DNA of 54,593 nt. It comes from Candidatus Woesearchaeota archaeon. GTDB taxonomy: Archaea > Nanobdellota > Nanobdellia > Pacearchaeales > GW2011-AR1. The translations under genes were made by a program, and so were the position numbers. The stretch is taken from assembly GCA_964514585.1 (NCBI GenBank), contig CAZETU010000001.1:289409-344001 (forward strand), written 5' to 3'. Shown piece after piece: positions 27,106 through 37,161 of this stretch; position 1 is the stretch's first letter, and every line of letters begins with the position of its first letter. The notes under the pieces are model-generated. The model searched no databases and was not told where the DNA came from. It worked only from the letters and a program-made list of their open reading frames with translations.

Positions 27106-27933
27106 ATGGAAGCAAAAAAATTCGGACTTATCGGTCATCCCGTCGGGCACAGCTTATCAGCAGTAATGCACAACAGAGTTTTCAAAGAATTAAACCTCCC
27201 ACACACTTACGAAGCCTTCGACGTTCTCCCAGAAAATCTAGAAAATTTCATAGCAACAACTTCTCTCGACGGACTAAATGTAACAATCCCACACAAAGTT
27301 GCAGTAATGAGATTCTTAGATGAGCTCGACCAATCAGCAAAAGATATTCACGCAGTCAACACAATACATTTCAACGACATAAAAATGGGACACAACACCG
27401 ACGGAATCGGCTTCACAAAATCCCTAGAAGAAGAAGGCATAAAAATTAAAGGAAAAAATGTTTTAGTAGTTGGAGCAGGCGGAGCTTCCAGGGCAATTTT
27501 ATCATCATTAGTTCAAAACGAAGCAAACGTAACTTTAACAAACAGAACAAGAGAAAAAGCAGAAATCCTAATCTTCGAAATGGGCGAACAAGAATTAGTA
27601 AAAATCTTAGACTATACTCCAGAAAAACTAAAAGAAGTTTTACAAGAAACAGACATCATCGTCAACACAACTTCCCTGGGCATGCATCCAAACGTCGACA
27701 CTTCTCCAATCCCAAAAGAATTCCTAAAACCTAACCATGTAATTTTCGACGCTGTTTACAATCCCATAGAAACAAAACTAATCAAAGACGCAAAATCCAT
27801 CGGTTGTAAAACAATCTCCGGCGTCAGCATGCTCGTTCACCAAGGAGCCCAATCCCTAAGAATCTGGCTTGGAATAGAACCCCCGATTCAAATAATGAAA
27901 GATGCAGTTATGGAAAAATTAATTTCCCAATAA
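27106..27933 (+). CDS. aroE: shikimate dehydrogenase
   Basis: 'GHPVGHSLS', 'NVTIPHK', 'AVNT', 'NTDG', GAGGA, 'NTTSLGM', 'MLVHQG'. Confidence 0.93.
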   Translation: MEAKKFGLIGHPVGHSLSAVMHNRVFKELNLPHTYEAFDVLPENLENFIATTSLDGLNVTIPHKVAVMRFLDELDQSAKDIHAVNTIHFNDIKMGHNTDGIGFTKSLEEEGIKIKGKNVLVVGAGGASRAILSSLVQNEANVTLTNRTREKAEILIFEMGEQELVKILDYTPEKLKEVLQETDIIVNTTSLGMHPNVDTSPIPKEFLKPNHVIFDAVYNPIETKLIKDAKSIGCKTISGVSMLVHQGAQSLRIWLGIEPPIQIMKDAVMEKLISQ

Positions 27934-28296
27934 TTCCTCAAATTTCAAAATATCAACCTTTTTAACCTTCAACTTCTCTTGCTTCCCAACGCCCCAAGTC
28001 CCAGCCTTCATCAAAGCACCTTTCTTCATATCACTCTTCAAAAACTTATTCACAATAACATCCCTTTTCCCATCACGCCAATCCTGAGAATACTTCGCAC
28101 AAAAAACCGCAGCCTCTTTCAACTCTTCCTTAGAAGGGTCCTCCCCAACATTCACAAACGGACTCCCAGGCGCATCAGTATGCAACATCATATCATTCCG
28201 CTTCGCCCGCCTCACAAGTAAATCATTACTCTCCGCAGACTTACCGCCCAAAATCTTAAACCCAGACGAAGTCACAAATTCTCTAAAATCTCCCAT
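27919..28296 (-). CDS. NFACT RNA-binding (DUF814) domain protein
   Basis: 'GGKSAESND.L', 'LHTDAPGSPFV', 'EAAVFCAKYS'. Confidence 0.85.
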   Translation of the reverse strand: MGDFREFVTSSGFKILGGKSAESNDLLVRRAKRNDMMLHTDAPGSPFVNVGEDPSKEELKEAAVFCAKYSQDWRDGKRDVIVNKFLKSDMKKGALMKAGTWGVGKQEKLKVKKVDILKFEELLGN

Positions 28297-28331
28297 AACA
28301 AATTCACGAAAAAAATCTTTATAATTCTTGC

Positions 28332-28865
28332 CTAAGGCGTTTGACAACAAGTCTCCGCAGCAGCAGAACAAGTATAGCTCTGACAAGCTGTTCCTCCAGG
28401 TAAAGATGCCGAAATGTCTACAGCAAATCCACAAGTTTCTATTGCAGTATCTCCAGTCTCTCCAGGAAGTCTCCAATCATGTTCATCAGTAAGACAACTA
28501 CTAGCACAAGTCGCACCACCACCACCATTGCAAAAACTACTTGTTGTTCGATAAGCTATAATAGTTTCCCCAGCCCCACAACCAAAAGTCCCACTATTGA
28601 TATAAATATTACTCTGACTCGTATCACAAATTCCCCCACTACTTCCACCAACCTCACTCCAATCACTTATGCAATTTCCATTCAAACAAATCTTATTTAC
28701 ATTAATCTCAGGAATTGTATCACTCCACTCTAACTCATCAAGACTATGCCCCATCGTGCTCGCCGGACCTCCAGAACCATAAGCTATAGCATAACCTACT
28801 CCCAGAACAACAACTATCAAAAAACCAAAATACCACGCATCTCTTTTCCCAAGTTCTATCTTCAT
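28332..28865 (-). CDS. secreted or membrane-anchored Cys-rich protein
   Basis: N-terminal TM helix, 'AYGSGGPASTMGHS', Gly/Ser linker, C-terminal domain with about 10 Cys. Confidence 0.65.
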   Translation of the reverse strand: MKIELGKRDAWYFGFLIVVVLGVGYAIAYGSGGPASTMGHSLDELEWSDTIPEINVNKICLNGNCISDWSEVGGSSGGICDTSQSNIYINSGTFGCGAGETIIAYRTTSSFCNGGGGATCASSCLTDEHDWRLPGETGDTAIETCGFAVDISASLPGGTACQSYTCSAAAETCCQTP

Positions 28866-28917
28866 AACACACCTCGTACAACAAAAAGACAAAAAGAGTT
28901 TATATACATTACTAAAA

Positions 28918-29343
28918 TTATTTTACAATCTCAACAATTTTTATCTTAAAAATCAAAACCTTCCCCGCCATAGGATGATTCATATCAACACTAACTTCCT
29001 TATCAGTCACTTCCATAATTTTAGCAGGAATCTGCTGACCACTAGGCAACGGAATCCCAATCATCATTCCAGCCTCAATCTCCATCGGGAACTTATCCTT
29101 AGGAACTTTCTGTATCGCCGCAGGATTAGGTTGTCCATAAGCATCCTCGGGCTGCAAAGTAAACTCTCTCTCCTCACCAACTTCCATCCCAATCACAGCA
29201 TTATCAAAACCAGGCACAACCATCCCTTCACCAGCTTTAAATTCCAACGGCTCACCATGCTTCTCACTCGCATCAAAAACCTCACCGTCCTCAAAACGCC
29301 CTTCATAATCAACCTTAATCACATTACCTTTTTCAACTGTCAT
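28918..29343 (-). CDS. slyD: FKBP-type peptidyl-prolyl isomerase (SlyD-like)
   Basis: 'VDYEG.FEDGEVFD', 'VVPGFDNA', 'PEDAYG', 'DMNHPMAGK.L.F'. Confidence 0.93.
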   Translation of the reverse strand: MTVEKGNVIKVDYEGRFEDGEVFDASEKHGEPLEFKAGEGMVVPGFDNAVIGMEVGEEREFTLQPEDAYGQPNPAAIQKVPKDKFPMEIEAGMMIGIPLPSGQQIPAKIMEVTDKEVSVDMNHPMAGKVLIFKIKIVEIVK

Positions 29344-29422
29344 AACAACTTTTAATAAAATCTATATTTAAGTCTTTGGTAATTTTCAACTGTCAAAGAA
29401 TGACACAGCAAAAAATATATCT

Positions 29423-29505
29423 GATAATTTCAGGAGTCACATCTCGTGAAATTATCCCAAAAAATTCTGCAGAATTTTCCCAATGATTTTTTCACCAGAA
29501 AAAAT
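29423..29505. repeat. structured intergenic element, copy A (three inverted repeats)
   Basis: GATAATTTCA-ggagtcacatctcg-TGAAATTATC; 18-bp palindrome AAAATTCTGCAGAATTTT (29461-29478); TTTTTTC-acca-GAAAAAA. Confidence 0.8.
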
Positions 29506-29513
29506 ATTGATCC

Positions 29514-30116
29514 CTAAAACTCGTCTTCTTCCTTAGCCTTCTTAGCAGCCAATTCCTTAATCCTTTTAAGCGCCGCTCTAACATTCTTATTCAACTGAAT
29601 CATAGAATCATCCAACTGAGCCTTATTCTTAGTTCCAGTACAAACCAACTTTCCATTACTAAAAAGCAAAAAGGTCGCAGTAGGATCTTCCAACTTGTAA
29701 ACCAAACCAGGAAACTGCTCCGGCTCATACTCAGTATTCTCAAGCTCCAAAGCCAAAGTATTTAAATTCAAATCAAGATTAATCGCTCCACTCGCCACAA
29801 TATTCTGAACAGTAATCTTTGGTTTAATAGTAACATTTACCCCAATTTTTTTCAATTGCTTAATAACTTGCGTCACCACATCTCGAACCTGTGAAATCGA
29901 CTTTGTCCCAGTACAAACCAAATTTCCAGAACTAAAAACTAAAACCGCAGATTTGGGCTTCTTAACTCTCAAAACCAAACCAGGAAAAGTATCAGGATTA
30001 TACTCAGTATTAGGCTGAGTTCGAGCTAACTTAGTCAACGAAACATCCTTACCCAAGGACGTAGTTGCGACAATGTTCTGAACTTTCAAAGAAGTATCTT
30101 TTTTTGCTACTACCAC
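29514..30116 (-). CDS. tbp: TATA-box-binding protein
   Basis: two repeats 'VQNIVA...YNPDTFPGLV' and 'VQNIVA...YEPEQFPGLV', 'FSNGKLVCTG'. Confidence 0.97.
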   Translation of the reverse strand: MVVAKKDTSLKVQNIVATTSLGKDVSLTKLARTQPNTEYNPDTFPGLVLRVKKPKSAVLVFSSGNLVCTGTKSISQVRDVVTQVIKQLKKIGVNVTIKPKITVQNIVASGAINLDLNLNTLALELENTEYEPEQFPGLVYKLEDPTATFLLFSNGKLVCTGTKNKAQLDDSMIQLNKNVRAALKRIKELAAKKAKEEDEF

Positions 30117-30183
30117 TCAATACTTTAGAAAAAATCCTTTATAAAGCTTCCCTTTTACCGTCGGGATAAAAATAGCAAAGTTA

Positions 30184-31872
30184 TTATCCAGCTTCTTTCT
30201 CAACTTCCTCAATCGTCGCAATATCACTAGATCCTCTATCATCCCTAAACCGAGTAATCCGTGGGAACCTTAAAGCATAACCCGAAGAGTAAGTCGGTGA
30301 CTTCTGAATATTCTGATACTGAACCGTAACAACTATCTCAGGCCGAACCTTAACTCGCCTCCCATCAACCTCAATAACCAACTTCTCCAACATATCTGTC
30401 ATCTCCTCAAAACTCAAACCTTCATCTTTTAATTCCTTCAATCCTGTCGAAACCTTACCAATCTCCAATAATTCCCCATCTTCACCCCTACAAGAAACAT
30501 CAAAACTAGTCAACCACCCAGCTCTCTTCCCGGTCCCCCACTCAGCCCCAGTAATCACCAAATCAAAATCATTATCCTCCGGCTTCAACTTAACAGCGTG
30601 CCCAATGCGAGCCCCAGGTTTATACGGCGCCTCCAAATTCTTCCCCATTACACCCTCCTGATTGTCTGCCAAAGCCGCCTCATAAAATTTCTCAACCTCA
30701 CTCGCATCATCAGTAATAATCTGCTTCGAAAGCACAATCTTCCACAGCTCCTCACGAACAATCTTTTCAATTAAATGCCGACGCTCTCCAAACGGAGTAT
30801 CAATCAAACTCTCCCCATCATAATAAATAATATCAAAAACCGCGAGCTCAATTGGCAAACTCTTTTGCATCTCATCAATCCCATACTTCCGCCGAATCCT
30901 CTGACTTATCGCTTGAAAATCAGTATACTTTTTCGTCTCCGAATCAAATCCAACAGCCTCAGCATCCAAAATAAAACTCTTTCCCTCGACATGGCTATTA
31001 ACATACTCAACAATCTCAGGAAACTGCTCAGTCACCTCCTCAAGTCTCCTCGTAAAAATCTTAATCTTCCCATCCGTCTCCTTGTTTATCATAACCCGAA
31101 ACCCATCATACTTATACTCAAAAGCCGCCGGCCGACCAACAATACTAAACGCATCCTCAACATCCTTCGCCTTCGGAAACAACATCACCTTCACGGGCTT
31201 CCCAGGTTCCAATTTAATCTTCTCTAAAGAATCATCACGAGCTCTCTCAAAGACTTCGGCAAAATCAGTAGCCTTATCATAAGCTTCCTGAACAGCCTTC
31301 GCGCAAACCTTCTTATCCTCAATATTCTTAGGCTTAAAACAATTCTCAACAATCGCATCCCTTAAAATCCCAGAACCAACACCAATTTTCAAATCACCCA
31401 AAATAGTTCGAGCAATATACTTAGCCTCAATCGGAGTCGCTGAGTGCAACAAGTCAATAATCAAACCAATCTTAATATCAACCGTCCCCTTTCCCTCTAG
31501 CGTCGGAATTTTCGTCAAATTATCCATCACCTTCTCAACGCTAAGCTTCTTAGAGAACAAAGCAGTTTGCAACTTCTTTTTTCTCAAAATAAATTCCGCC
31601 GCCTTCCCCAAATCACCTAAATTCTTAAACTCTTCAACAACCTCATTGTCGCCAATTCCAGCCGCTTTAGAAATCGCCCGAATAACCAACTGATGTGAAA
31701 TCCCAAGTTCCCTATTATCATAATCAGCAAAAATCCGACCTTGCAACAAATAAATCAAACCCGGTTCCTCTCGAATCTTTTCCAAAAAATCTGCCAATAT
31801 AACAGTCTTCTCTAATCCCTTCGACGTCGATTCCAACGCATGATAAACCTCACATAATTCCGAATAATCCAT
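30184..31872 (-). CDS. lig: ATP-dependent DNA ligase
   Basis: 'EYKYDGFR' (KxDG), 'EGVMGK', 'LRFPR..R.RDD'. Confidence 0.96.
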   Translation of the reverse strand: MDYSELCEVYHALESTSKGLEKTVILADFLEKIREEPGLIYLLQGRIFADYDNRELGISHQLVIRAISKAAGIGDNEVVEEFKNLGDLGKAAEFILRKKKLQTALFSKKLSVEKVMDNLTKIPTLEGKGTVDIKIGLIIDLLHSATPIEAKYIARTILGDLKIGVGSGILRDAIVENCFKPKNIEDKKVCAKAVQEAYDKATDFAEVFERARDDSLEKIKLEPGKPVKVMLFPKAKDVEDAFSIVGRPAAFEYKYDGFRVMINKETDGKIKIFTRRLEEVTEQFPEIVEYVNSHVEGKSFILDAEAVGFDSETKKYTDFQAISQRIRRKYGIDEMQKSLPIELAVFDIIYYDGESLIDTPFGERRHLIEKIVREELWKIVLSKQIITDDASEVEKFYEAALADNQEGVMGKNLEAPYKPGARIGHAVKLKPEDNDFDLVITGAEWGTGKRAGWLTSFDVSCRGEDGELLEIGKVSTGLKELKDEGLSFEEMTDMLEKLVIEVDGRRVKVRPEIVVTVQYQNIQKSPTYSSGYALRFPRITRFRDDRGSSDIATIEEVEKEAG

Positions 31873-31960
31873 TAAATATCGAAGAGAAAACTCTTTTTAT
31901 AATTTCCCGCCCCAAGAAAACTTATAAACCCGAAGATCGTTAACACAACAAGGTGATACA

Positions 31961-34354
31961 ATGAATAGAAAAAAAGCTTTCGTTCTCCCATTCGATAAAT
32001 TACAAATTGAAGACGTGCCAATCGTCGGCGGTAAAAACGCATCCCTCGGCGAAATGTACCAAGACTTAAAACGAAAAGGTATCGCAGTCCCAAACGGTTT
32101 CGCAGTAACAGCCCTCTCCTATAGATACTTCATAGAAAAAGCAAACTTAAAAGATAAAATAAAATCAATCTTGTCAGACCTAAACACACACGATACAAGA
32201 AACCTAATGGAGCGCGGGAAAAAAGTCAGAGATGTAATTCTTAACGCCGAAGTGCCAGAAGAGATACAAAAAGAAATCATAAAAAGTTACAAAAAATTGT
32301 CCAAAGAATATGGCGACAAATACACCGACGTCGCAGTTAGAAGCTCAGCAACAGCAGAAGATTTGCCAGACGCTTCATTCGCAGGACAACAAGAAACTTA
32401 TCTTAATATTGTAGGAGAAAAAGCAATTCTTGAAGCCTGTAAAAAATGTTTCGCATCTCTTTTCACAAACAGAGCGATTTCATACAGAGAAGACAAAGGC
32501 TTCGACCACTTCAGCATAGCTCTTTCAATCGGAGTCCAAAAAATGGTACGAAGCGACTTATCATCAAGCGGAGTAATGTTTTCAATAGACACAGAATCAG
32601 GATTTAAAGACGCAGTTTTCATAACAGGAATTTACGGACTCGGAGAAAACATAGTCCAAGGTGCAGTAAACCCAGACGAATTCTATGTCCATAAACCAAC
32701 TTTGAAAAAAGGATACAGACCAATTATTTCAAAAAAAGTTGGAGAAAAAAAAATCAAAATGATATACAATCCAAAAGGACCAAATCCAGTAAAAAATATT
32801 CCAGTCTCAAAAGAAGATATGCAAAAATTCTGTATTACCGACGAAGAAATCTTAAAGTTAGCAAGATGGGCAGTAATCATCGAAGATCACTACAATAAAG
32901 CAATGGATATGGAATGGGCAAAAGATGGGAAGACCGGAAAATTATTCATTGTACAAGCAAGACCAGAAACAGTTCAAAGCCAAAAGAACGCAGGCGAGTT
33001 AGAAGAATATGTGCTAAAGAAAAAAGGACAAGTATTAGTCGTTGGGAGCAGTGTAGGTGCGAGAATAGGAGCAGGACCAGTAAGAGTAATCAAAGAAGTC
33101 TCAGGAATTCACGGCTTCAAAAAGGGAGACGTCCTAGTAACTGAAATGACAGATCCAGACTGGGAACCAATAATGAAAATCGCTTCAGCAATCGTAACAA
33201 ACAAAGGCGGCCGAACATGCCATGCTGCAATCATCTCAAGAGAACTTGGTATACCTTGTCTAGTCGGAACAAACGACGCAACAGAAAAACTAAAAACAGG
33301 CGACAAGGTAACAGTTAGTTGCGCAGATGGAGAAAAGGGGCGCGTGTACAAAGGAATTCTAAAGTATGTCGTAGAAAAACACAATTTAAAATCAATACCA
33401 AAAACACGAACAAAAATAATGATGAACATAGGAAACCCAGAGTCCGCATTCGAGCAAAGCTTCATTCCAAACGAAGGTGTCGGACTAGCAAGAGAAGAAT
33501 TCATAATAAACTCCCACATCAAAATTCATCCAAAAGCTCTAATTAATTTCGAAAAGATAACCAACCAGAAAGTAAAAAAACAAATATCAGAAATCACCGT
33601 TGGCTACAAAGACAAAAAACAATTCTTCGTGGACAAATTAGCAGAAGGAGTTGGAATGATTGGCGCAGCATTTTATCCAAAAGATGTAATTGTAAGAATG
33701 TCGGATTTCAAATCCAACGAATACAAAAACTTAATCGGTGGAGAAGAGTACGAACCAGAAGAGGGAAATCCAATGATAGGATGGCGAGGAGCGTCCCGTT
33801 ATTACAGCGAAGAATATAGGCAAGCTTTCGAACTGGAGTGTGAAGCAATCAAAAAAGCAAGAAACGAATTCGGACTAAAAAACATAAAACTAATGATTCC
33901 ATTTTGCCGAACAATCGAAGAAGGATTAAAAGTCCAAGCGATAATGGCAAGGAAAGGACTAAAGAGAGGAAAAGATGGATTAGAAATTTACGTAATGTGT
34001 GAAATCCCATCAAACGTAGTCTTAGCAGACGAGTTCTCAAAAATTTTCGACGGCTTTTCAATCGGTTCAAACGACTTAACTCAATTAACATTAGGTCTAG
34101 ATAGAGACTCAGAAATTGTTTCATCAATCTACGACGAAAGAAACCAAGCAGTCAAAACTTTAATTTCAACAGTAATAAAAACAGCAAGAAAAAACGGGAA
34201 GAAAATAGGAATATGCGGACAAGCACCGTCAGACTTTCCAGACTTCGCCCAATTCTTAGTTAGATGCGGAATAGATTCAATTTCTCTAAACCCAGACACA
34301 GTTATTAAAACAAGATTAAAGATTGCAGAACAAGAAAGAAAGTTAAGAAAATAA
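31961..34354 (+). CDS. ppsA: phosphoenolpyruvate synthase (pyruvate, water dikinase)
   Basis: 'VGGKNASLGE', 'RSSATAEDL', 'GGRTCHAAI', 'FSIGSNDLTQ', 'GICGQ'. Confidence 0.96.
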   Translation: MNRKKAFVLPFDKLQIEDVPIVGGKNASLGEMYQDLKRKGIAVPNGFAVTALSYRYFIEKANLKDKIKSILSDLNTHDTRNLMERGKKVRDVILNAEVPEEIQKEIIKSYKKLSKEYGDKYTDVAVRSSATAEDLPDASFAGQQETYLNIVGEKAILEACKKCFASLFTNRAISYREDKGFDHFSIALSIGVQKMVRSDLSSSGVMFSIDTESGFKDAVFITGIYGLGENIVQGAVNPDEFYVHKPTLKKGYRPIISKKVGEKKIKMIYNPKGPNPVKNIPVSKEDMQKFCITDEEILKLARWAVIIEDHYNKAMDMEWAKDGKTGKLFIVQARPETVQSQKNAGELEEYVLKKKGQVLVVGSSVGARIGAGPVRVIKEVSGIHGFKKGDVLVTEMTDPDWEPIMKIASAIVTNKGGRTCHAAIISRELGIPCLVGTNDATEKLKTGDKVTVSCADGEKGRVYKGILKYVVEKHNLKSIPKTRTKIMMNIGNPESAFEQSFIPNEGVGLAREEFIINSHIKIHPKALINFEKITNQKVKKQISEITVGYKDKKQFFVDKLAEGVGMIGAAFYPKDVIVRMSDFKSNEYKNLIGGEEYEPEEGNPMIGWRGASRYYSEEYRQAFELECEAIKKARNEFGLKNIKLMIPFCRTIEEGLKVQAIMARKGLKRGKDGLEIYVMCEIPSNVVLADEFSKIFDGFSIGSNDLTQLTLGLDRDSEIVSSIYDERNQAVKTLISTVIKTARKNGKKIGICGQAPSDFPDFAQFLVRCGIDSISLNPDTVIKTRLKIAEQERKLRK

Positions 34355-34356
34355 AA

Positions 34357-35145
34357 TTATATATTAGCAGCCTTACCCCAAACATTATCAAATTCTTTAG
34401 ATAAATTATTAGCCAAATCTTTATTCCAAATTGTTACAATAGAAGAAATTTTACTTTCGCTTAAAGGATTCAAATTCAAAAACAAAACAGTTTTTTTATC
34501 AACAATACCAAAATAAGAATTAATTTTATTGACAGTTTTCACTTTTATTTTATTCCCTGCAATTAATTTAGAATAATCCTTATCGAGTTTAAGTTGATCC
34601 AATGTATCTCGAGTCATAATTAATCTAAAATCAACAGAACCATCCAAAGCCTTTTCAATTTTATCTAAAATTTTAGAAGCAAACCTAACATTCACTTCAT
34701 GCAAAAAAATATCAACACTAATTTTTGGATCATAAAATAATAAATTATTTATTCTATCAATTTTGTCTTCGTCTAAATCAGTAGTCCAGAAAATCTTTTC
34801 ATTTTTATTTTGAAGTTTTTTTGAAGAAAACTCATTCATTAAATCAGAAACAGTTTCTTTAAGCGAAGTTATCTTCTTGGAAAACCAACTTTCTTGATTC
34901 TGAGTATATTTTTTTAACGCAATTTCTGGTTCAACTGCCCTGTATTTTTTCGGCTTAGTATTAAGTACCTCAACAAAACCCTTACCATTTAATGAATCCA
35001 AGGTAGAATATATTTTACCAAATGGAATGTTAGCCTTTGTGTAAATAGTTTTGGCATTTGTCTCATCGTATTTCAAAAGTTCCATATAAGCCCTAATTTC
35101 ATAATCAGTCAGCCCAATCTCAGATAACAATTCCTCTTTTTCCAT
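34357..35145 (-). CDS. TrmB family transcriptional regulator
   Basis: 'IGLTDYE..AY..LL', 'IPFGKIY.TL.SL..KG.V', 'PKKY.AV.P'. Confidence 0.88.
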   Translation of the reverse strand: MEKEELLSEIGLTDYEIRAYMELLKYDETNAKTIYTKANIPFGKIYSTLDSLNGKGFVEVLNTKPKKYRAVEPEIALKKYTQNQESWFSKKITSLKETVSDLMNEFSSKKLQNKNEKIFWTTDLDEDKIDRINNLLFYDPKISVDIFLHEVNVRFASKILDKIEKALDGSVDFRLIMTRDTLDQLKLDKDYSKLIAGNKIKVKTVNKINSYFGIVDKKTVLFLNLNPLSESKISSIVTIWNKDLANNLSKEFDNVWGKAANI

Positions 35146-35244
35146 ATTAAAGGTTACAAATTTACATTAATAAGTTTTGTTACAACCACAAAAAAGTTGT
35201 AGCCAGAGTATAATCCCTTTAAAGCAATTTTTTTTAATATTTTG

Positions 35245-37035
35245 ATGGGGAAAGTAAAAGTCTTACCAGTATACCCAAGCTCGCCTCCATCATTCTGGAG
35301 TTTCAACGAAGCTTTGAAAATAGAAGGGAAAAAAGCAGCAATGCCTCCAACGGGTTTAGTCACAGCAATGGCAATGTTCCCCGAAGAGGAATTTGAAATA
35401 ATGCCAGTACAAGATTTAAATATTGCACCCCTAGATGAAAGAGCATTGAAAGAATCGGATTTAGTTGCAACCTCTTCGATGGTAATCCATGAAAAATCTC
35501 ACAATAAAGTAATGGATTTAGCGCATAGATATGAAAAAAAAGTAGTTGCAGGAGGACCGTTCCCATCATCTTCTCCAGATAGAAATACAAGAGCAGATTA
35601 TATCGTAGCAGGAGAAGCTGAAATGACACTAGCACCATTCTTACACGATTTTCTAAAAGGAACTCCAAGGAGAATATACACAGAACAAGATGCAGCGAGA
35701 ACGACATTAACAAAACTTACAAGATCGGGAAAACCAGATTTGTCACAAACACCACTTCCGAGATGGGATTTAATAGACATGAAAGCCTATGACTCCGTAG
35801 GAATACAGTTCTCAAGAGGATGTCCTTGGGATTGCGAGTTTTGTAATATAACTTCGTTGTTCGGCAGAGAAGCAAGAACAAAAGGCGTTGACCAAATGAT
35901 CGCAGAATTCCAAAGTATTTATGACGCAGGCCACAGAGGGGGAGTTTTCTTACTAGACGATAACTTAATAGGTAATAGAAAAAACGTCAAACAATTACTC
36001 CCAGCCTTGGCCAAATGGCAAAAGGCAAGAGGCTATCCTTACGACATCGGAACAGAAGCAAGCATGAATTTAGCTTGGACAGAAAACGAAGGAATATTAA
36101 ATGGAATGAATGATGCAGGATTCGTTAGAACTTTCCTCGGAATAGAATCTGTTGATCCAGAAGTAATTAGTGGGATGAATAAGCAGCAGAATCTCAAAAT
36201 GTCACCAATAGAAGCTGTAAGAAGAATCCAAAACGCGGGCTTAGAAGTAACAGCAGGATTAATAATCGGCAACGACGGAGAAAAGCCGCAAGTCTTTGAT
36301 GATTTATACAATTTTGTTCAAGAGGCAGGGATAGTTCTCCCAATGGCAGGACTTCTAGGAGTAGTACCAGGAACAAAATTAGCAACAAGGCTAGAAAAGG
36401 AAGGAAGACTAAGAGAATATAATTGCGGATCAAACACACACTCATTCTCGTTAGACTTCGAACCAAAGTTAGCTCCAGGATTCACAGAAGGGCAACTCTT
36501 ATCAGGATACAAAGACCTCCTTCAAAGATTATTTTCTCCAAAAAGTTATTATGATAGATGCAGAGTTCTCCAAAAAGAACTAGGTCCAAGCCACCAAGAA
36601 AAACATTCCGCTCTTGAAAGTATGGCAATTCTAGGAAGGTTTGCAAAACATCAACTCACTGGAGGAGCTAATCTAGAAACTGCAAAATATTTAGCAGAGA
36701 CAGCCGCAAGATCCCCCTCACAACTTACAGTAGCAGTCACCCACACAGTAAAATACCAACACCTAAAAAGCATAACACAACAAAGCCTAGCAGCCGACAA
36801 TTATCATTCACAACTCGAATCAATGTACACGGATTTTGTAGCAGGAGCCGGAGAAGTCGCAACAAAATACGGAGAAAATATTAGAAGTGCCAGGAGAGCA
36901 TTGTTCAGAAAAGCAAGCAGGGTTCTAACAAAGGCAGAAAAACTCTATGAAAGAATTCATCCCTCTCTCAGGACAGAAGCCCATAAACATAAATTAAGAG
37001 AATTAAAAAAAAGTGTTTCGGAAAAAGCAGCATAA
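35245..37035 (+). CDS. B12-binding radical SAM protein (DUF4070-type)
   Basis: CxxxCxxC 'SRGCPWDCEFC'; N-terminal 'YP..P.SFWSF...PPTGL' cobalamin-binding region. Confidence 0.88.
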   Translation: MGKVKVLPVYPSSPPSFWSFNEALKIEGKKAAMPPTGLVTAMAMFPEEEFEIMPVQDLNIAPLDERALKESDLVATSSMVIHEKSHNKVMDLAHRYEKKVVAGGPFPSSSPDRNTRADYIVAGEAEMTLAPFLHDFLKGTPRRIYTEQDAARTTLTKLTRSGKPDLSQTPLPRWDLIDMKAYDSVGIQFSRGCPWDCEFCNITSLFGREARTKGVDQMIAEFQSIYDAGHRGGVFLLDDNLIGNRKNVKQLLPALAKWQKARGYPYDIGTEASMNLAWTENEGILNGMNDAGFVRTFLGIESVDPEVISGMNKQQNLKMSPIEAVRRIQNAGLEVTAGLIIGNDGEKPQVFDDLYNFVQEAGIVLPMAGLLGVVPGTKLATRLEKEGRLREYNCGSNTHSFSLDFEPKLAPGFTEGQLLSGYKDLLQRLFSPKSYYDRCRVLQKELGPSHQEKHSALESMAILGRFAKHQLTGGANLETAKYLAETAARSPSQLTVAVTHTVKYQHLKSITQQSLAADNYHSQLESMYTDFVAGAGEVATKYGENIRSARRALFRKASRVLTKAEKLYERIHPSLRTEAHKHKLRELKKSVSEKAA

Positions 37036-37161
37036 TTAACACTCTGCAAATTTACAAGCAAACTCACTAATATCAAGAGTAGCTACTCCAATCACAACAC
37101 CAACTACCAAAGCAATAACTCCAATCGCCAAAAGCCACAAAGCCAATTTTTTAAGGTTCAT
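37036..37161 (-). CDS. small single-TM protein (41 aa), not in the ORF track
   Basis: MNLKKLALWLLAIGVIALVVGVVIGVATLDISEFACKFAEC*; overlaps the upstream stop; G/T-rich codons like neighbouring minus-strand genes. Confidence 0.55.
   Translation of the reverse strand: MNLKKLALWLLAIGVIALVVGVVIGVATLDISEFACKFAEC

Noticed and set aside
19538-30182. AAATAGCAAAGTT at about 19538 and about 30170
   Set aside because: A 13-bp AT-rich match with no shared context; compatible with chance.
31941-31958. TrmB/TGM-like box TAACAC-N6-GTGATA upstream of ppsA
   Set aside because: Spacing differs from the Thermococcales N5 motif, and the right half coincides with a Shine-Dalgarno-like AGGTGA.
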